A DNA stretch of 64,000 nucleotides from NCBI GenBank assembly GCA_964035575.1, contig OZ037835.1, forward strand, positions 744,001 through 808,000, in the 5' to 3' direction. The stretch's first letter is position 1, and each line of letters begins with the position of its first letter. Shown here piece by piece: positions 9,744-20,623 of this stretch. The translations under genes were made by a program, and so were the position numbers. The notes beneath the pieces are model-generated. The model made no database searches and had not been told where the DNA came from. It was given only the letters and a program-made list of their open reading frames with translations. The DNA is from Rhynchopus sp. YZ270_cl-10. Its lineage: Eukaryota.

Positions 9744-12374
9744 TCAGTGCAGAAGCACAACGTACGGTGCATAAGCCTTCTGCTCCACATAGCCGGCAAG
9801 CTCTTCGTACTGTGTGCGTTGGTCCTGAGCGACGGTGTCCAGCAGAGAAGACGCCTTCTCAAAGTCCTGTTTGATGATGTGCTCGAAGACCTCGTTCCAC
9901 ACTGCGTGCGGGTTGTTTGCGGCAGACTCCAGCTGGTACATCCACTCCTCGTTTTCGCTGCTGCACAGCCCACGTACGGTAAACACGGTCTGTGCCTTCT
10001 CGCTCAGCTTCTCGTACAGCATCGAGCCAGCACAACACAGTACCACCTGTCCCTCCGCCTCACGCGAAATGTTCTGGTCAACGACACCAGGGAGGTCACG
10101 CTGCTTGTTCCAACGCTCCATCACAACCACCCACGACATGGACTGCGAAAGAATCGACATCTTCTTCATCCCGTTGCAGCCCATGTTCCCGACACGTGCC
10201 TCGCCTGTCGTGCACCCGTACGAGATCTTGTGCACATCACCAAGTGCTGTTGCTGCTTCGTGTGCAGCCTTCACACAGGCAGCACTGTGCGACGGCTTCG
10301 GAACAAAGGCGTTGAAGGTGGCAAGCATCTTGTCCCCTGCGAACGTGTCGCACACACCTTTGTTGTGCTGCACTGATGACATGATGTGCTCCATAATACC
10401 ACCGTGTGCGGAGAGCACCTCTGCGTCCTTGTGCTTCTTGCAGAAGGCGTGCCACGACACGACGTTCATGTGTGCCAGCGACACCTTCTTCTTCTTCATC
10501 CCTTCCACACGCAGCAGTGCCTTCTGGTGCTGCAGCGTAACACCCGAATTGCGTGACGCACGTGAACTCTGTGACCCATGGGAATCCCGGGACTTGCCTG
10601 ACTGCGACTTCATAGTCGAAGATTCCGTCTCTGACACGTACTCTTTGTCGCTGTCGTTGACAAGCACACTCTGCGGCATGTAGTTCCGGTACTCCACCAG
10701 GTTCGCCACCATGGTAACAAAGCTGCGCTGCATCATCCCCACTTCACTCAGCTGCGACACTGCACGGCCCGTGTCCACAGCCTCCAGGTCCATCACAGCC
10801 ACACTTGCCATCTCACTCCCAAGCTTCAGCAGAGGGGACGTGATGTAGCGTGTGAACACAACAGCAATGGCCAGGAGTACCGTGATCGCAATGACCGTCA
10901 CAACCACCATCACAATCACCGCATCCTCCTTCTGTGCGTCTGCAGAGGACAAATCTGATGCCACCTTCGCACGGATTGCATTCGTCGACGCATCAATTGT
11001 CTCCATCACAGACACCCTCGGCACAAGAAGGTTCGCGAATAATGTAATCGTTTTGTGTTGAATTGTCGTTGCCACTGTCCAGAACTCCGTGCCGTTCGAG
11101 TCAGACCACTTCAGGAACGACGTCTTTGTCATCTCCACAAGGTCTCTGTAGTTCTGTGGGTGTGTGAACACAAACCGCCCATGCTCTGCAATCACTGAGG
11201 GGATGTGCAACGTGGCGTCTTCCGTTGAGTGGTTCGTGATGTTAAAGCCGTACGCGACTATGGTAGGAGTACCCCAGGGAGTTACAGAAGGCTCCACCCG
11301 TATATGCCTTCCTCTGTTGTACGCGACAACTGTTCCCGTTGAGTCATCTAAAGGATTGTACTCCACCAGGTACAGCGACGTGCCGGCTGGGAGCAGCTGT
11401 GCACGCACTGCCTTCGTTATCCCGTCTCCAGTCACCGTTGCCATCATAACACCCACACGCTTGCCCTGCTTGGGGTGCATCGTGTACATCTCTGGGTGGG
11501 TGTAGGTGTAGCTCAGCTCCCAGTACATCATGTCCCACCGCACCATCACGTTTGTGTAGATCAGTGTCTCCGTGGGGTACATGGGTGGGTCATCGGCACC
11601 CAGGTTGTAGATCTGCTTGCCACGGTCTAGCTGCAATGGCGTGCCCACAGGCTCGCTTTGATCCATGGGAAATATGCAGACACCACGCCACTGTCCCTTG
11701 TTGTAGTCTGGGTAGAAGTTGCACGGCTGATGTGGGAACCTTCTGTCGCCTCTGTTCGTGGCTTCCCCGTAGGACACCCAGTCAGATATACCCACCGCCC
11801 CCGTCACATGGTCACGCATCTCGTACACCAGGAGGACCTGGGAGCCGTTCGTCGGAGGGACACCACTCGCAGAGTTCACATCCCTGAACGCCATCCGCGA
11901 GCCCCACCCTGCAAACCCGTCTCCCCTCTTCCACGGAACAGGATGTGCTGGGGACCACGGGTACGTTTCGTACCTAATCGCTTCCAATCCAGACGTCGCC
12001 CCAGCACGAAAAGCGGAGATCAAAGCAGGGCGCATAACCGTATCCCCAAAGGCGGGGCTCGTGCTGACGTTTGGGTGGTGCGCCTTCGCAAGGTTGGCCA
12101 GAGATACCACCAGCTGCTCAGGCACCTTCAGGTACTCCTTCACTGCAGTGTCCACGTTGCCAAGGACGGAGCGCAGGTAGCGCGACGAGACCGTTTCGAT
12201 GTCCGCCGTACCACTGTCGAGACACATCCCGAAGCCCTCATCACCTGTGTCACGTGCCTTCTCCAGAAGGTCGTCCCATGTTGTCAGAGTGAAGCCACCG
12301 ATGATCGCACCTGTCGACAGAATCAACACCACACACAGCAGCACTGTCAGCGACTGGATGCTGCATGTCGCCAT
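9744..12374 (-). CDS. Receptor-type class III nucleotidyl cyclase-like protein (TM-extracellular-TM-HAMP-degenerate cyclase), 876 aa
   Basis: Two hydrophobic segments; HAMP-like ITSPLLKLGSEMASVA...LSEVGMMQRSFVTM; cyclase-like CDTFAGDKMLATF and YGCTTGEARVGNMG. Confidence 0.8.
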   Translation of the reverse strand: MATCSIQSLTVLLCVVLILSTGAIIGGFTLTTWDDLLEKARDTGDEGFGMCLDSGTADIETVSSRYLRSVLGNVDTAVKEYLKVPEQLVVSLANLAKAHHPNVSTSPAFGDTVMRPALISAFRAGATSGLEAIRYETYPWSPAHPVPWKRGDGFAGWGSRMAFRDVNSASGVPPTNGSQVLLVYEMRDHVTGAVGISDWVSYGEATNRGDRRFPHQPCNFYPDYNKGQWRGVCIFPMDQSEPVGTPLQLDRGKQIYNLGADDPPMYPTETLIYTNVMVRWDMMYWELSYTYTHPEMYTMHPKQGKRVGVMMATVTGDGITKAVRAQLLPAGTSLYLVEYNPLDDSTGTVVAYNRGRHIRVEPSVTPWGTPTIVAYGFNITNHSTEDATLHIPSVIAEHGRFVFTHPQNYRDLVEMTKTSFLKWSDSNGTEFWTVATTIQHKTITLFANLLVPRVSVMETIDASTNAIRAKVASDLSSADAQKEDAVIVMVVVTVIAITVLLAIAVVFTRYITSPLLKLGSEMASVAVMDLEAVDTGRAVSQLSEVGMMQRSFVTMVANLVEYRNYMPQSVLVNDSDKEYVSETESSTMKSQSGKSRDSHGSQSSRASRNSGVTLQHQKALLRVEGMKKKKVSLAHMNVVSWHAFCKKHKDAEVLSAHGGIMEHIMSSVQHNKGVCDTFAGDKMLATFNAFVPKPSHSAACVKAAHEAATALGDVHKISYGCTTGEARVGNMGCNGMKKMSILSQSMSWVVVMERWNKQRDLPGVVDQNISREAEGQVVLCCAGSMLYEKLSEKAQTVFTVRGLCSSENEEWMYQLESAANNPHAVWNEVFEHIIKQDFEKASSLLDTVAQDQRTQYEELAGYVEQKAYAPYVVLLH

Positions 12375-14348
12375 TGTTCAGAGGTATCCAGAAAGGGAAG
12401 ACTGTGCTGGGGATGTGTGTGTGTGTGGTTGATATCAGTGTCCCGAAGGTATTTCGTGCTAATCAAATCAAGGCCGCACTTGCAAAGTTTAGCCACAAAC
12501 TGCGCTCCCCTGCCTGCTGGCAAGGGGGTCGGGAGGGGGACAATTTCACGGGGGAGGGTCGGTAAAACAAAAATAGAAATGGTGGTGTGATTGTGGGAGT
12601 TCTGAAAGGATCGTTGGTGTAATTCTATGGCTTCACGACTGGAATCGCTCGCATTTTTTTTCAGGATGCTGAACTGCGTCTGGTAATCTTCGCAGAAAAC
12701 CGGCAGCGAGGTCTGTGGGCATGAGGGCGAGACTGGGAAAGACAACACAAACAACCCTGATGAAGGTGTGAGCTTTCCCCGAAACGTCCTCAAGCTTGCC
12801 GAAGTAAGGGTAAGCAATAACAACAAAAGGGCGCGTAGCAATAGATAAATGGTACTTTTATTTCCCAACCCAACAACAACAATATAGCGTGAAGACAATA
12901 AATAAAATCAAAGCGGAATAAATTTGGGGTTTTGTGAGGCACTCAACGAGTGTGCCGGCTCTGTGGCGTCACGGAGCCACCAACACTCCCCAGTCATTTT
13001 TCCTGCGCTTCCAGGAAAACTCGCAGTATGCGACCAGGGAACGAAAAAATTTAATTCACAGCAAACAGGTGTGAGGGAGAAGAAAAGAAAGTGAACAAAA
13101 ACGAAAAAACAATGTTTTTCTGAAATGTGATGTTGTTGGGGTGGGGAGAATAAAACAGTTCCAAGAAAAGCTCCTGCGTCGGTTTTCTTTTGGTTAGCAA
13201 AAATTAAAACACTTCCTTTTTTTTAGATAGATAATATTATTCAGTCAAAAGAAACGAAAACAAGGAAAACAAGAGAGCAAAAGTTTTTTCGTTGATCGCT
13301 CGAATTGGTGTCCCTGAGTGAATGAGTGCGGGTAGTAATTCGGCAAAGCACATCTACAAAAACAGAGTTTTATTTTCATACGATACAAACTTTAGCCACA
13401 AACTACGCCCCCCCTGTCTAGATTTTGCAAAGACTGTGGCTGCACCTACAAAGTTTAAGTGTAAGACTAAGTGTAAGAGGTGAGAAACAAGACAGGGGTG
13501 GGGTGCTAATCTGTGCACATGGTGAGTGAAACTGAAAAGTTACTCACACTGGTGTAACGGAAATAAAAGGAAAAGTGTGCGACGTGTTGTTAGCAGTTGG
13601 CGTGGTACAGGGGGTGCTGCACCGCTCCTCAATCCCGTTCAAATCCCTTGTCAACCTCGTTTGACCTAAAAATAATAAAACCTACATCCTCGAACTCTTC
13701 TACACAAATGATTTCATTGAACGCATCACGAGTGTTGCTTGAATTGGAGTCGGGGAGAGGTTGGGGAGAAAAGGGAGAGCGGATACAAATACAAGACTAT
13801 CGAATTATACACACACGAATTCATCCTTCGATTCCAAAAAGGTCCTGTCCTTACGGTTTGTATTATTTCCTAACGACACTGCGTTGTTTTCTGCAAAATA
13901 ATGAAAACCCCTTTCATCTTTTGTTTAGTTAGTACGCTACCCACGTCATACACATTTTTTCTCTACCTACCCCCCCGTGCACGAGCATTGTTTACAATAA
14001 CGAAAATATGGAAGGTGTGTGGAATTCCTCAACGCTCCACCTTGGTAAAACCGAAACAGCAAGAGCCCCAAACTCCAGGGAAAAGCAAAGTCGGAAATGA
14101 ATAGTGTACAGATGTAGAAGTGGCAGTGTGTGTCACTCCAAAACCAAGTGGTCAAAGCAGATGTGTAATCGCAACACATCTTGGAAAAGATGTGTGAATA
14201 TGCCGCTCTTCTGTCCTCGCACAACGCACCCGCAGTGGCATGAGGGCACTACCGCACGAGGCAGTGTCAACACCATTCGTGCTCGTCACTCAGACTGCAT
14301 TCGTCTTGGAAAAGAGGCAAACACAAAGAGCAAGTGTGAACAGTGTGC

Positions 14349-17300
14349 TCACTTCTCGACATCACAAAGAATCCGTCTCGCAAGTTCAGGTTCCACAGCA
14401 TCAGCATTGCGACAGCCAAATGCACGAGGAACTGTTGGAGCGACACCGATCACTCTCTTCAGCCGCAACCCATCAATCGTCCCGTCTTCCCCAGTGCAGA
14501 TGCTCCACACTCGCACAGTGTGGTCCTCGCAACTGCAGATTGCTTCGCGTCCATCGGGGCTCACAGCAAGACTGCGCAAACGACAATGTGCCCTGATCAC
14601 TGCGAGCTCCTCACCAGTGGTCATGCTCCACACACTCACACCGTACGCACTCGACACCACGTGAGTTTCATCGGGTGTCAGTGCCACTCCGAACACGCTA
14701 CTATCATGCTGCAAGGTGAAGACTTCCTTCCCGCTGGCAACATCCCACACACGCACGGTCGAATCAGCAGAGCACGAAACAAGACGAGAGACATCGCGAG
14801 TCACGGCCAAGCCGGTGACACCATAAGTAGTATGTCCTTCGAACGCCATCGTCTCTTCTCCAGTGTGAAGTTTCCACATGCGTACGGTCTGATCAGCAGA
14901 GCACGAGACCACATGCACTCCATCAGGAGTCACTACTTGGGGACGGGAGGTAGTTCCTGCATATTCTGACACCTTCTTCCCAGTCGGCATGCTCCACACA
15001 TACGTATGGTAAGTGTTTTTCTCCTGTGAAGACTGTGAACAGGTCACCACGTGAGATGCATCGGGAGACACTGCTAAGGAATGCAGTCTCCCACACTGTT
15101 TCAAGAACACCGCCAACTCACTGGAATCTGTGCACAAAGGCGGCACTTTCCCTGTCGTAACGTCCCACACACACGCTCTCTGTTCTCCAGCGTCGTCGCA
15201 ACAGCAATAAACTACGTGAGAACCATCTGGGTACACGGCAGCAGCATCATCACCATATTTATTTACTGCTGCTTCAACTACCTCTGTCTGCCTGCCGGTG
15301 GATGAGTTCCAGATGGAGTTCCTCTTGCCACCATACGAAATGATAGATCCATCACGACCCACTGCCACAGACTTTCCTGAGAGTCCTTCGAAACCTGGTG
15401 CCTCCTTCCCGGTGGTGATGTTCCAAACTCGCACGGTGCTGTCGGAGCGTGAGCATGAAACCACATGGCATCCATCTGGTGTTACTGCCACTGCCTTGAC
15501 CCCTCTAGTATGTCCTTGCAACGCCATCACCTCCTTCCCAGTCGAAATGCTCCAAACGTGCACATCGCCGCTGTAGGATCCAGCAACCACGTGACATCCA
15601 TCGGGAGTAACTGCCACTGCTGTCAACAACTCATCGTCAGCATGGAACACCATCACCTCTGCCCCAGTCGAGAGGTTCCAAAGGTGTGCGCCATCACAGC
15701 ACGAAACAACATGGCATCCATCGGGAGTGACCGCCAGTTGACGCGGAAGCTTCGAACAGCAAGGCCACTGCATCTCCTGCTTCCCTGTCACCAGATCCCA
15801 TACGCACAGAACCTCCTTCGAGCATGTTACTATTTGACTTCCATCCTTCGTAACAACCATGCTGTAAATACCAGGCGACTTCACCGCCAGCACTTCCTTC
15901 CCCGTCGCGAGATCCCACACACGGATGTCCTGAGGAGAAGTTGAAACAACTTTAGAACTGTCGGGAGTGACTGCCACCTGTCGCACCCCAGCTATGTGTC
16001 CTTTCAAGACGAACACTGCCTCCCCAGTGTGCATATCCCACACACGCACAGTTTTGTCAGAGGGGCACGAAACTACGCGGCTTCCGTCAGGTGAAACTGC
16101 CACGCCAGCGATTAGCGCAGTATTACCTTTCGAGACCATCACTTCTTCCCCAGAAGACATGCTCCACACATGTACTCTGAAGTCACGGCCACCTGTCACC
16201 ATATGACTACCATCATGTGTAACTATCACATCCTCAGCATCGTGCTGCAGTACAGGAAGTGGTGTACCAAGTGAGCAGTCAGGCAGCATCGTGCCACCCA
16301 TGTCGCAGGTGTGGAACTCAGTGTGCTCCAGCCAGCAGTTCGAGAAGGAAGCGCCCGTCAGCGCCGTCTCCACAAACAGAGACCCACGCAGGTCGCAGTT
16401 CGACACACGGATCCCGCTCAGGTCCTCCCCACTCACAGGGATGCGTGCACGTGCCAGCAGTGCTGCTGCATTCGACCCTGCTGTCAGAGTACTATCACCA
16501 GGAACAACTGCACCTGAACTGCCACGTGTCGCCTTCATAACCGCAAGCAGCTCTGTGCAGGCACGTTCGTACAACACACTGTCTCCACACACCAGCGCCG
16601 CAAAGAACCCAAGCACACGCTGCGAGTCCTTGCTGAAGCTCCGCTGCACCAGCGTCCCCAGTGTCCCTGCTGGGTCACGTGCAAGCCGCCGTGCTGCAAG
16701 GTGCTCCCCAAGCGACTTGTGCCGGAACGTGAACGCACTCCGCTCTTCCCCAAAGTCCTCAATCCGGAACGGCAGGCAGCGGAAGCACGCATCCCGCACA
16801 GCCTCACACACACCGTGCTGCGAATCAAGAATCTGCGACGCCACACCCACAGTCCCCTGCCACTCGTTTGTCTCCAGCATCCTGCATGCAACAAGCTCCC
16901 CTGCACGCACCACATCCTCCAAAGACACATCCGAAACAGCAACAGCAACTCCACCAGACGCCATCTCCTTCTTCGTCCACGTCTCCAGGTAGGCCTCGTA
17001 GATCACCTCCTCAGAAGCCTTCCCGCTGCACTGTGCGTGGCACGCCATGTGCAGCACAAACGGGTTCCGCAGCTGCACAAGTCCCTCAACGTCCTCCTCA
17101 CGCACGAAGACTGTGCGCTCTCCATCCTTCTCCTTCCCCTCTTTGTGTTCCTTCTCCCAGGCTGTGTTTGCACGCTCGATGTACGTTCTCGCATCCACCT
17201 CTGTGAACGGCTGCATGTACACAGCACGCACACCAGCACCACACACACCAGACGGAGACGTGTCCACACCCTTCAGGTACTCACCACGCACAGTCACAAC

Positions 17301-19505
17301 AACGCTGCAGTGTGCCTCCACCCACGGATGCCGGCACAGAAGGCCACCCTCAGCCACCACAGCACCCACATCCTCCTGCGTCAGCCCCACCTCGTCCAGC
17401 GAGTCCAGCACCAGTACCACCTCGTACGTCTCCGCAAGGAACGCACGGTCCGCCTCCCGCAGCGCAAACGACTCCAGCACAAACCTGTCCAGCCCTCCCT
17501 TCTCAAGCAGGTGCTGCTTCACAGTCGGCAGCGCCACAAACACAGGGAAGTACGGCTTCGCATCCGCATCCGCAGTCACGTCACTCACCACGCTGTTTCT
17601 GTTCCTGTTCGTGTCTTCGTTGCTGGTGCTTTCGCTCTTCCTCGCAGACGTTGCAAGGTCGCTCAGAATTGCAATCGAAGCAGACGTCTTCCCGCTCCCT
17701 CCTTCTCCGATCACACACAGCACACCACACCTCCCTTGTCTTTCTTCTCTCGCATCCACATCAGGCTTGCGCTCTGTGCCGGCTGCTGCCTGTGTGCACT
17801 CGGAAGACATCTGCTTCCCACCTCCACGTGCACGAAGCCACCTCCGCACCTCCTTCATCAGCGGACGTGTCTCCGACTCATCCACACGTGTGTCGTCCCC
17901 CACACGCCCCTCCACGTACTGCGCAAGGTAGTCCTTGAAGAACGCGACTGTGTGTCCCATCACCTCCTGCAGCGCACCCACCTGCTCAGCCGCACTCGTC
18001 TCCCCCACACCAGCACCCTCACCCACACCAGCACACACCTCCTGCATCACAATCACGTCAAAGCGCAGCCCCATCATCCGCAGCAACGTCGGCGACAGCT
18101 TCCACTGCACCCGGTACTCGATGTTCGCTGTGTACAGCAGCTCGTCCTCCGAAGCATACACAGACGAGAACTTCACGTCTGCAGCACCCTCCTTCGCCAC
18201 CACCACAAAGAACGTCCCACCCTTCCCGTACATGAAGCTCCGAGCCACATCCCGCTTCAGTGTTGTCGACGTGAAGCAGTTCCACACAATGTGCGTATTA
18301 AGAGCGTACTTCGCAGACACGTTCACATTGATCCCGCGGAACACAGTCCGCAGCTGCTTCCGACGGCTCCCAATCAGCCGGTCCAGACCACGGATCAGCG
18401 GCGCAAAGGTCGCAATCACGTGCAGCTGCGGGGGTGCGGGTGACAGCTCAAACACGTTCGGTGCTGTCTTCTCAGGTGTCCCCTTCCACTCCTTCACCGC
18501 AGCCAGCTGCCCCACAGCACGCATCGCAGTGTTCATCGTCATGTACAGCGCAAGCGACTGTGATTCCACATCAGCAGCACTCCCGTGGTTGTCCAGCACA
18601 GCCCGCTCCGTCAGTCTGATGTACCGCAGCTTCCCGTCAGGCCCTTTCGCAATCTGCGGTGTCCCGTCCTCGTCACACACAACATCCCCGCCGCTGTCCA
18701 GCACATACTCCACACAGTCAGACGTGAACAGGAACCCCGACAGCAGCAGCTCAAACGGGTCGCGTGCCGCCATCCAGTCCTCCACCTCCACGTGCCCACC
18801 ACGTGTCCCCGCAGCCTCCCTCCGTCCTCTCATGTCCTCCAGCAGACGCTTGCACACCACACGGAACCCCGCCTCCATGTGCCGCACGTGTTCGTCTGTG
18901 TAGCCCAACGGCGGATCCACCTTTGGCAGACCACGCAGCCAGCACAGCAGGTCTTCACCTCCATTGCTGTTGTTGTTGTTGTTTGTGTGATCCTCCTTCC
19001 GCAGCCACTCCACCTTCCGTCCGTCTGTGTGCCGCAGTGCACCTATGTCCCCGTCAAGATCGTCCTCTCCCAGCTGTCTGTCACCTGTCGAGGTGTTCGT
19101 GTCTTTCGCCATGTCCATGTGAGGGTCAGTGAGAGGTGCTGTCGTTGCATCACCTGTTGCTGTTGTTGTTGTGGCGACACCGTCAGTGAGGTACACCTGC
19201 ACAGCATCCTCCACCTCCACAAGGATCTGTGCTGCATGCACCCCCAGCTCCGCCTCAAGTCGCCCCCGCACATCCGCGTCCCTGTGCTGCAGTGCGTACC
19301 ACAGCGGCACCTTCCCGTCCCTGTCACGCACGTTCCCTGCCCCGTTCAAAACAAGAAACCGCACTGCCTCCACGTCCCCCGCAAGCACAGCACTGTGCAG
19401 CATTGTCCTCCCGTCCACGCTGTCCACTGCGTCCACGGGCCTCTCCTTCCCAGTAATTCCCTTTGCAATCTCGTCCTTTTCAGGCTTCGATGCTCCGGAT
19501 CCCAT
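14349..19505 (-). CDS. NLR-like ANK-ART-NACHT-pentapeptide-WD40 protein copy B (1718 aa)
   Basis: Same motifs as copy A; longest WD40 region of the three. Confidence 0.9.
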   Translation of the reverse strand: MGSGASKPEKDEIAKGITGKERPVDAVDSVDGRTMLHSAVLAGDVEAVRFLVLNGAGNVRDRDGKVPLWYALQHRDADVRGRLEAELGVHAAQILVEVEDAVQVYLTDGVATTTTATGDATTAPLTDPHMDMAKDTNTSTGDRQLGEDDLDGDIGALRHTDGRKVEWLRKEDHTNNNNNSNGGEDLLCWLRGLPKVDPPLGYTDEHVRHMEAGFRVVCKRLLEDMRGRREAAGTRGGHVEVEDWMAARDPFELLLSGFLFTSDCVEYVLDSGGDVVCDEDGTPQIAKGPDGKLRYIRLTERAVLDNHGSAADVESQSLALYMTMNTAMRAVGQLAAVKEWKGTPEKTAPNVFELSPAPPQLHVIATFAPLIRGLDRLIGSRRKQLRTVFRGINVNVSAKYALNTHIVWNCFTSTTLKRDVARSFMYGKGGTFFVVVAKEGAADVKFSSVYASEDELLYTANIEYRVQWKLSPTLLRMMGLRFDVIVMQEVCAGVGEGAGVGETSAAEQVGALQEVMGHTVAFFKDYLAQYVEGRVGDDTRVDESETRPLMKEVRRWLRARGGGKQMSSECTQAAAGTERKPDVDAREERQGRCGVLCVIGEGGSGKTSASIAILSDLATSARKSESTSNEDTNRNRNSVVSDVTADADAKPYFPVFVALPTVKQHLLEKGGLDRFVLESFALREADRAFLAETYEVVLVLDSLDEVGLTQEDVGAVVAEGGLLCRHPWVEAHCSVVVTVRGEYLKGVDTSPSGVCGAGVRAVYMQPFTEVDARTYIERANTAWEKEHKEGKEKDGERTVFVREEDVEGLVQLRNPFVLHMACHAQCSGKASEEVIYEAYLETWTKKEMASGGVAVAVSDVSLEDVVRAGELVACRMLETNEWQGTVGVASQILDSQHGVCEAVRDACFRCLPFRIEDFGEERSAFTFRHKSLGEHLAARRLARDPAGTLGTLVQRSFSKDSQRVLGFFAALVCGDSVLYERACTELLAVMKATRGSSGAVVPGDSTLTAGSNAAALLARARIPVSGEDLSGIRVSNCDLRGSLFVETALTGASFSNCWLEHTEFHTCDMGGTMLPDCSLGTPLPVLQHDAEDVIVTHDGSHMVTGGRDFRVHVWSMSSGEEVMVSKGNTALIAGVAVSPDGSRVVSCPSDKTVRVWDMHTGEAVFVLKGHIAGVRQVAVTPDSSKVVSTSPQDIRVWDLATGKEVLAVKSPGIYSMVVTKDGSQIVTCSKEVLCVWDLVTGKQEMQWPCCSKLPRQLAVTPDGCHVVSCCDGAHLWNLSTGAEVMVFHADDELLTAVAVTPDGCHVVAGSYSGDVHVWSISTGKEVMALQGHTRGVKAVAVTPDGCHVVSCSRSDSTVRVWNITTGKEAPGFEGLSGKSVAVGRDGSIISYGGKRNSIWNSSTGRQTEVVEAAVNKYGDDAAAVYPDGSHVVYCCCDDAGEQRACVWDVTTGKVPPLCTDSSELAVFLKQCGRLHSLAVSPDASHVVTCSQSSQEKNTYHTYVWSMPTGKKVSEYAGTTSRPQVVTPDGVHVVSCSADQTVRMWKLHTGEETMAFEGHTTYGVTGLAVTRDVSRLVSCSADSTVRVWDVASGKEVFTLQHDSSVFGVALTPDETHVVSSAYGVSVWSMTTGEELAVIRAHCRLRSLAVSPDGREAICSCEDHTVRVWSICTGEDGTIDGLRLKRVIGVAPTVPRAFGCRNADAVEPELARRILCDVEK

Positions 19506-20623
19506 CTTCCTGATGTGTTGTGTAACTATTCACAGAGGTTGCTGTGTTGTCCCTGTTCGTGTGTTGTGTTGTGGTGATGTGATGTGTTCAGCAGCACCCA
19601 AGCAGAGAGTCCTGCATGCAAAACGCATCACCCTCCCTACCCTTCCTGGTAACGGCACATACGCGACCCTCCACACACCGTGCAGACACCACCTCTCCAC
19701 TGGTCGCCAGCACCTCCTCGGTAGTGCTCCACCTGTCAAGGACGCGGAAAAATCCCACCCCAAATATTCTCATTTTTAATGTTGATGGTGCTGTGCACAG
19801 TGTACCTGAGCCAGTCCACGCAAATGTGCTTTGCTGCTCTTCGTGTTGTGATGTGTGCGTAGAACAGTGTTCCTCCTTCTCCAGCCAATGTGCACGTAAG
19901 TGCAAAGCATCGCAAGATGAAAAAGGAACAACGAAAAAGGTTGTCAAGATGAACCCAAGCCTTTCGTGCTTCGTCAACATGAAGAATATTAGCAGTCCCG
20001 AAGAAAGCAACAAAACAGTTATGCCAAATACTGCGAGGCTAGCAGGTTACAAAAGACAACAAGGTTGCAGACACGTACATGCACTGCACACACACACACA
20101 CCCAGCAAAAGACTCCCATCCAAACTATTCATTTTCAAAAAAACAAAACATCCCTTCTTCACAACACCACCAACACCAACACCAACACAACACTGACAGG
20201 CGGCAATAGGAGAGAAGAGTGTGGAATTGCAAGGCTCCACCTTGGTAAAAGTGAAAGAGCAATAGCTACAAACTGCAGGAAAAAAGCAAAGTCGGAAATG
20301 AATAGTGTACAGATGTGGAAGTGGCAGTGTGTGTCACTCCAAAAAACCAAGTGGTCAAGCACAAACTAACGTAAAACAACCACAAAACAAACAGAACACA
20401 TGTGTAATCGCAACACATCTTGGAAAAGACGTGTGAATATGAAGAGACACAACATGGCAGTGTAACACCGCGGCAAGCCGCGTTTCTGTCCTCGCACAAC
20501 GCACCCGCAGTGGCATGAGGGCACCACCGCACGAGGCAGTGTCAACACCATTCGTGCTCGTCACTCAGACTGCATTCGTCTTGGAAAAGAGGCAAACACA
20601 AAGAGCAAGTACGAACAACGCAC

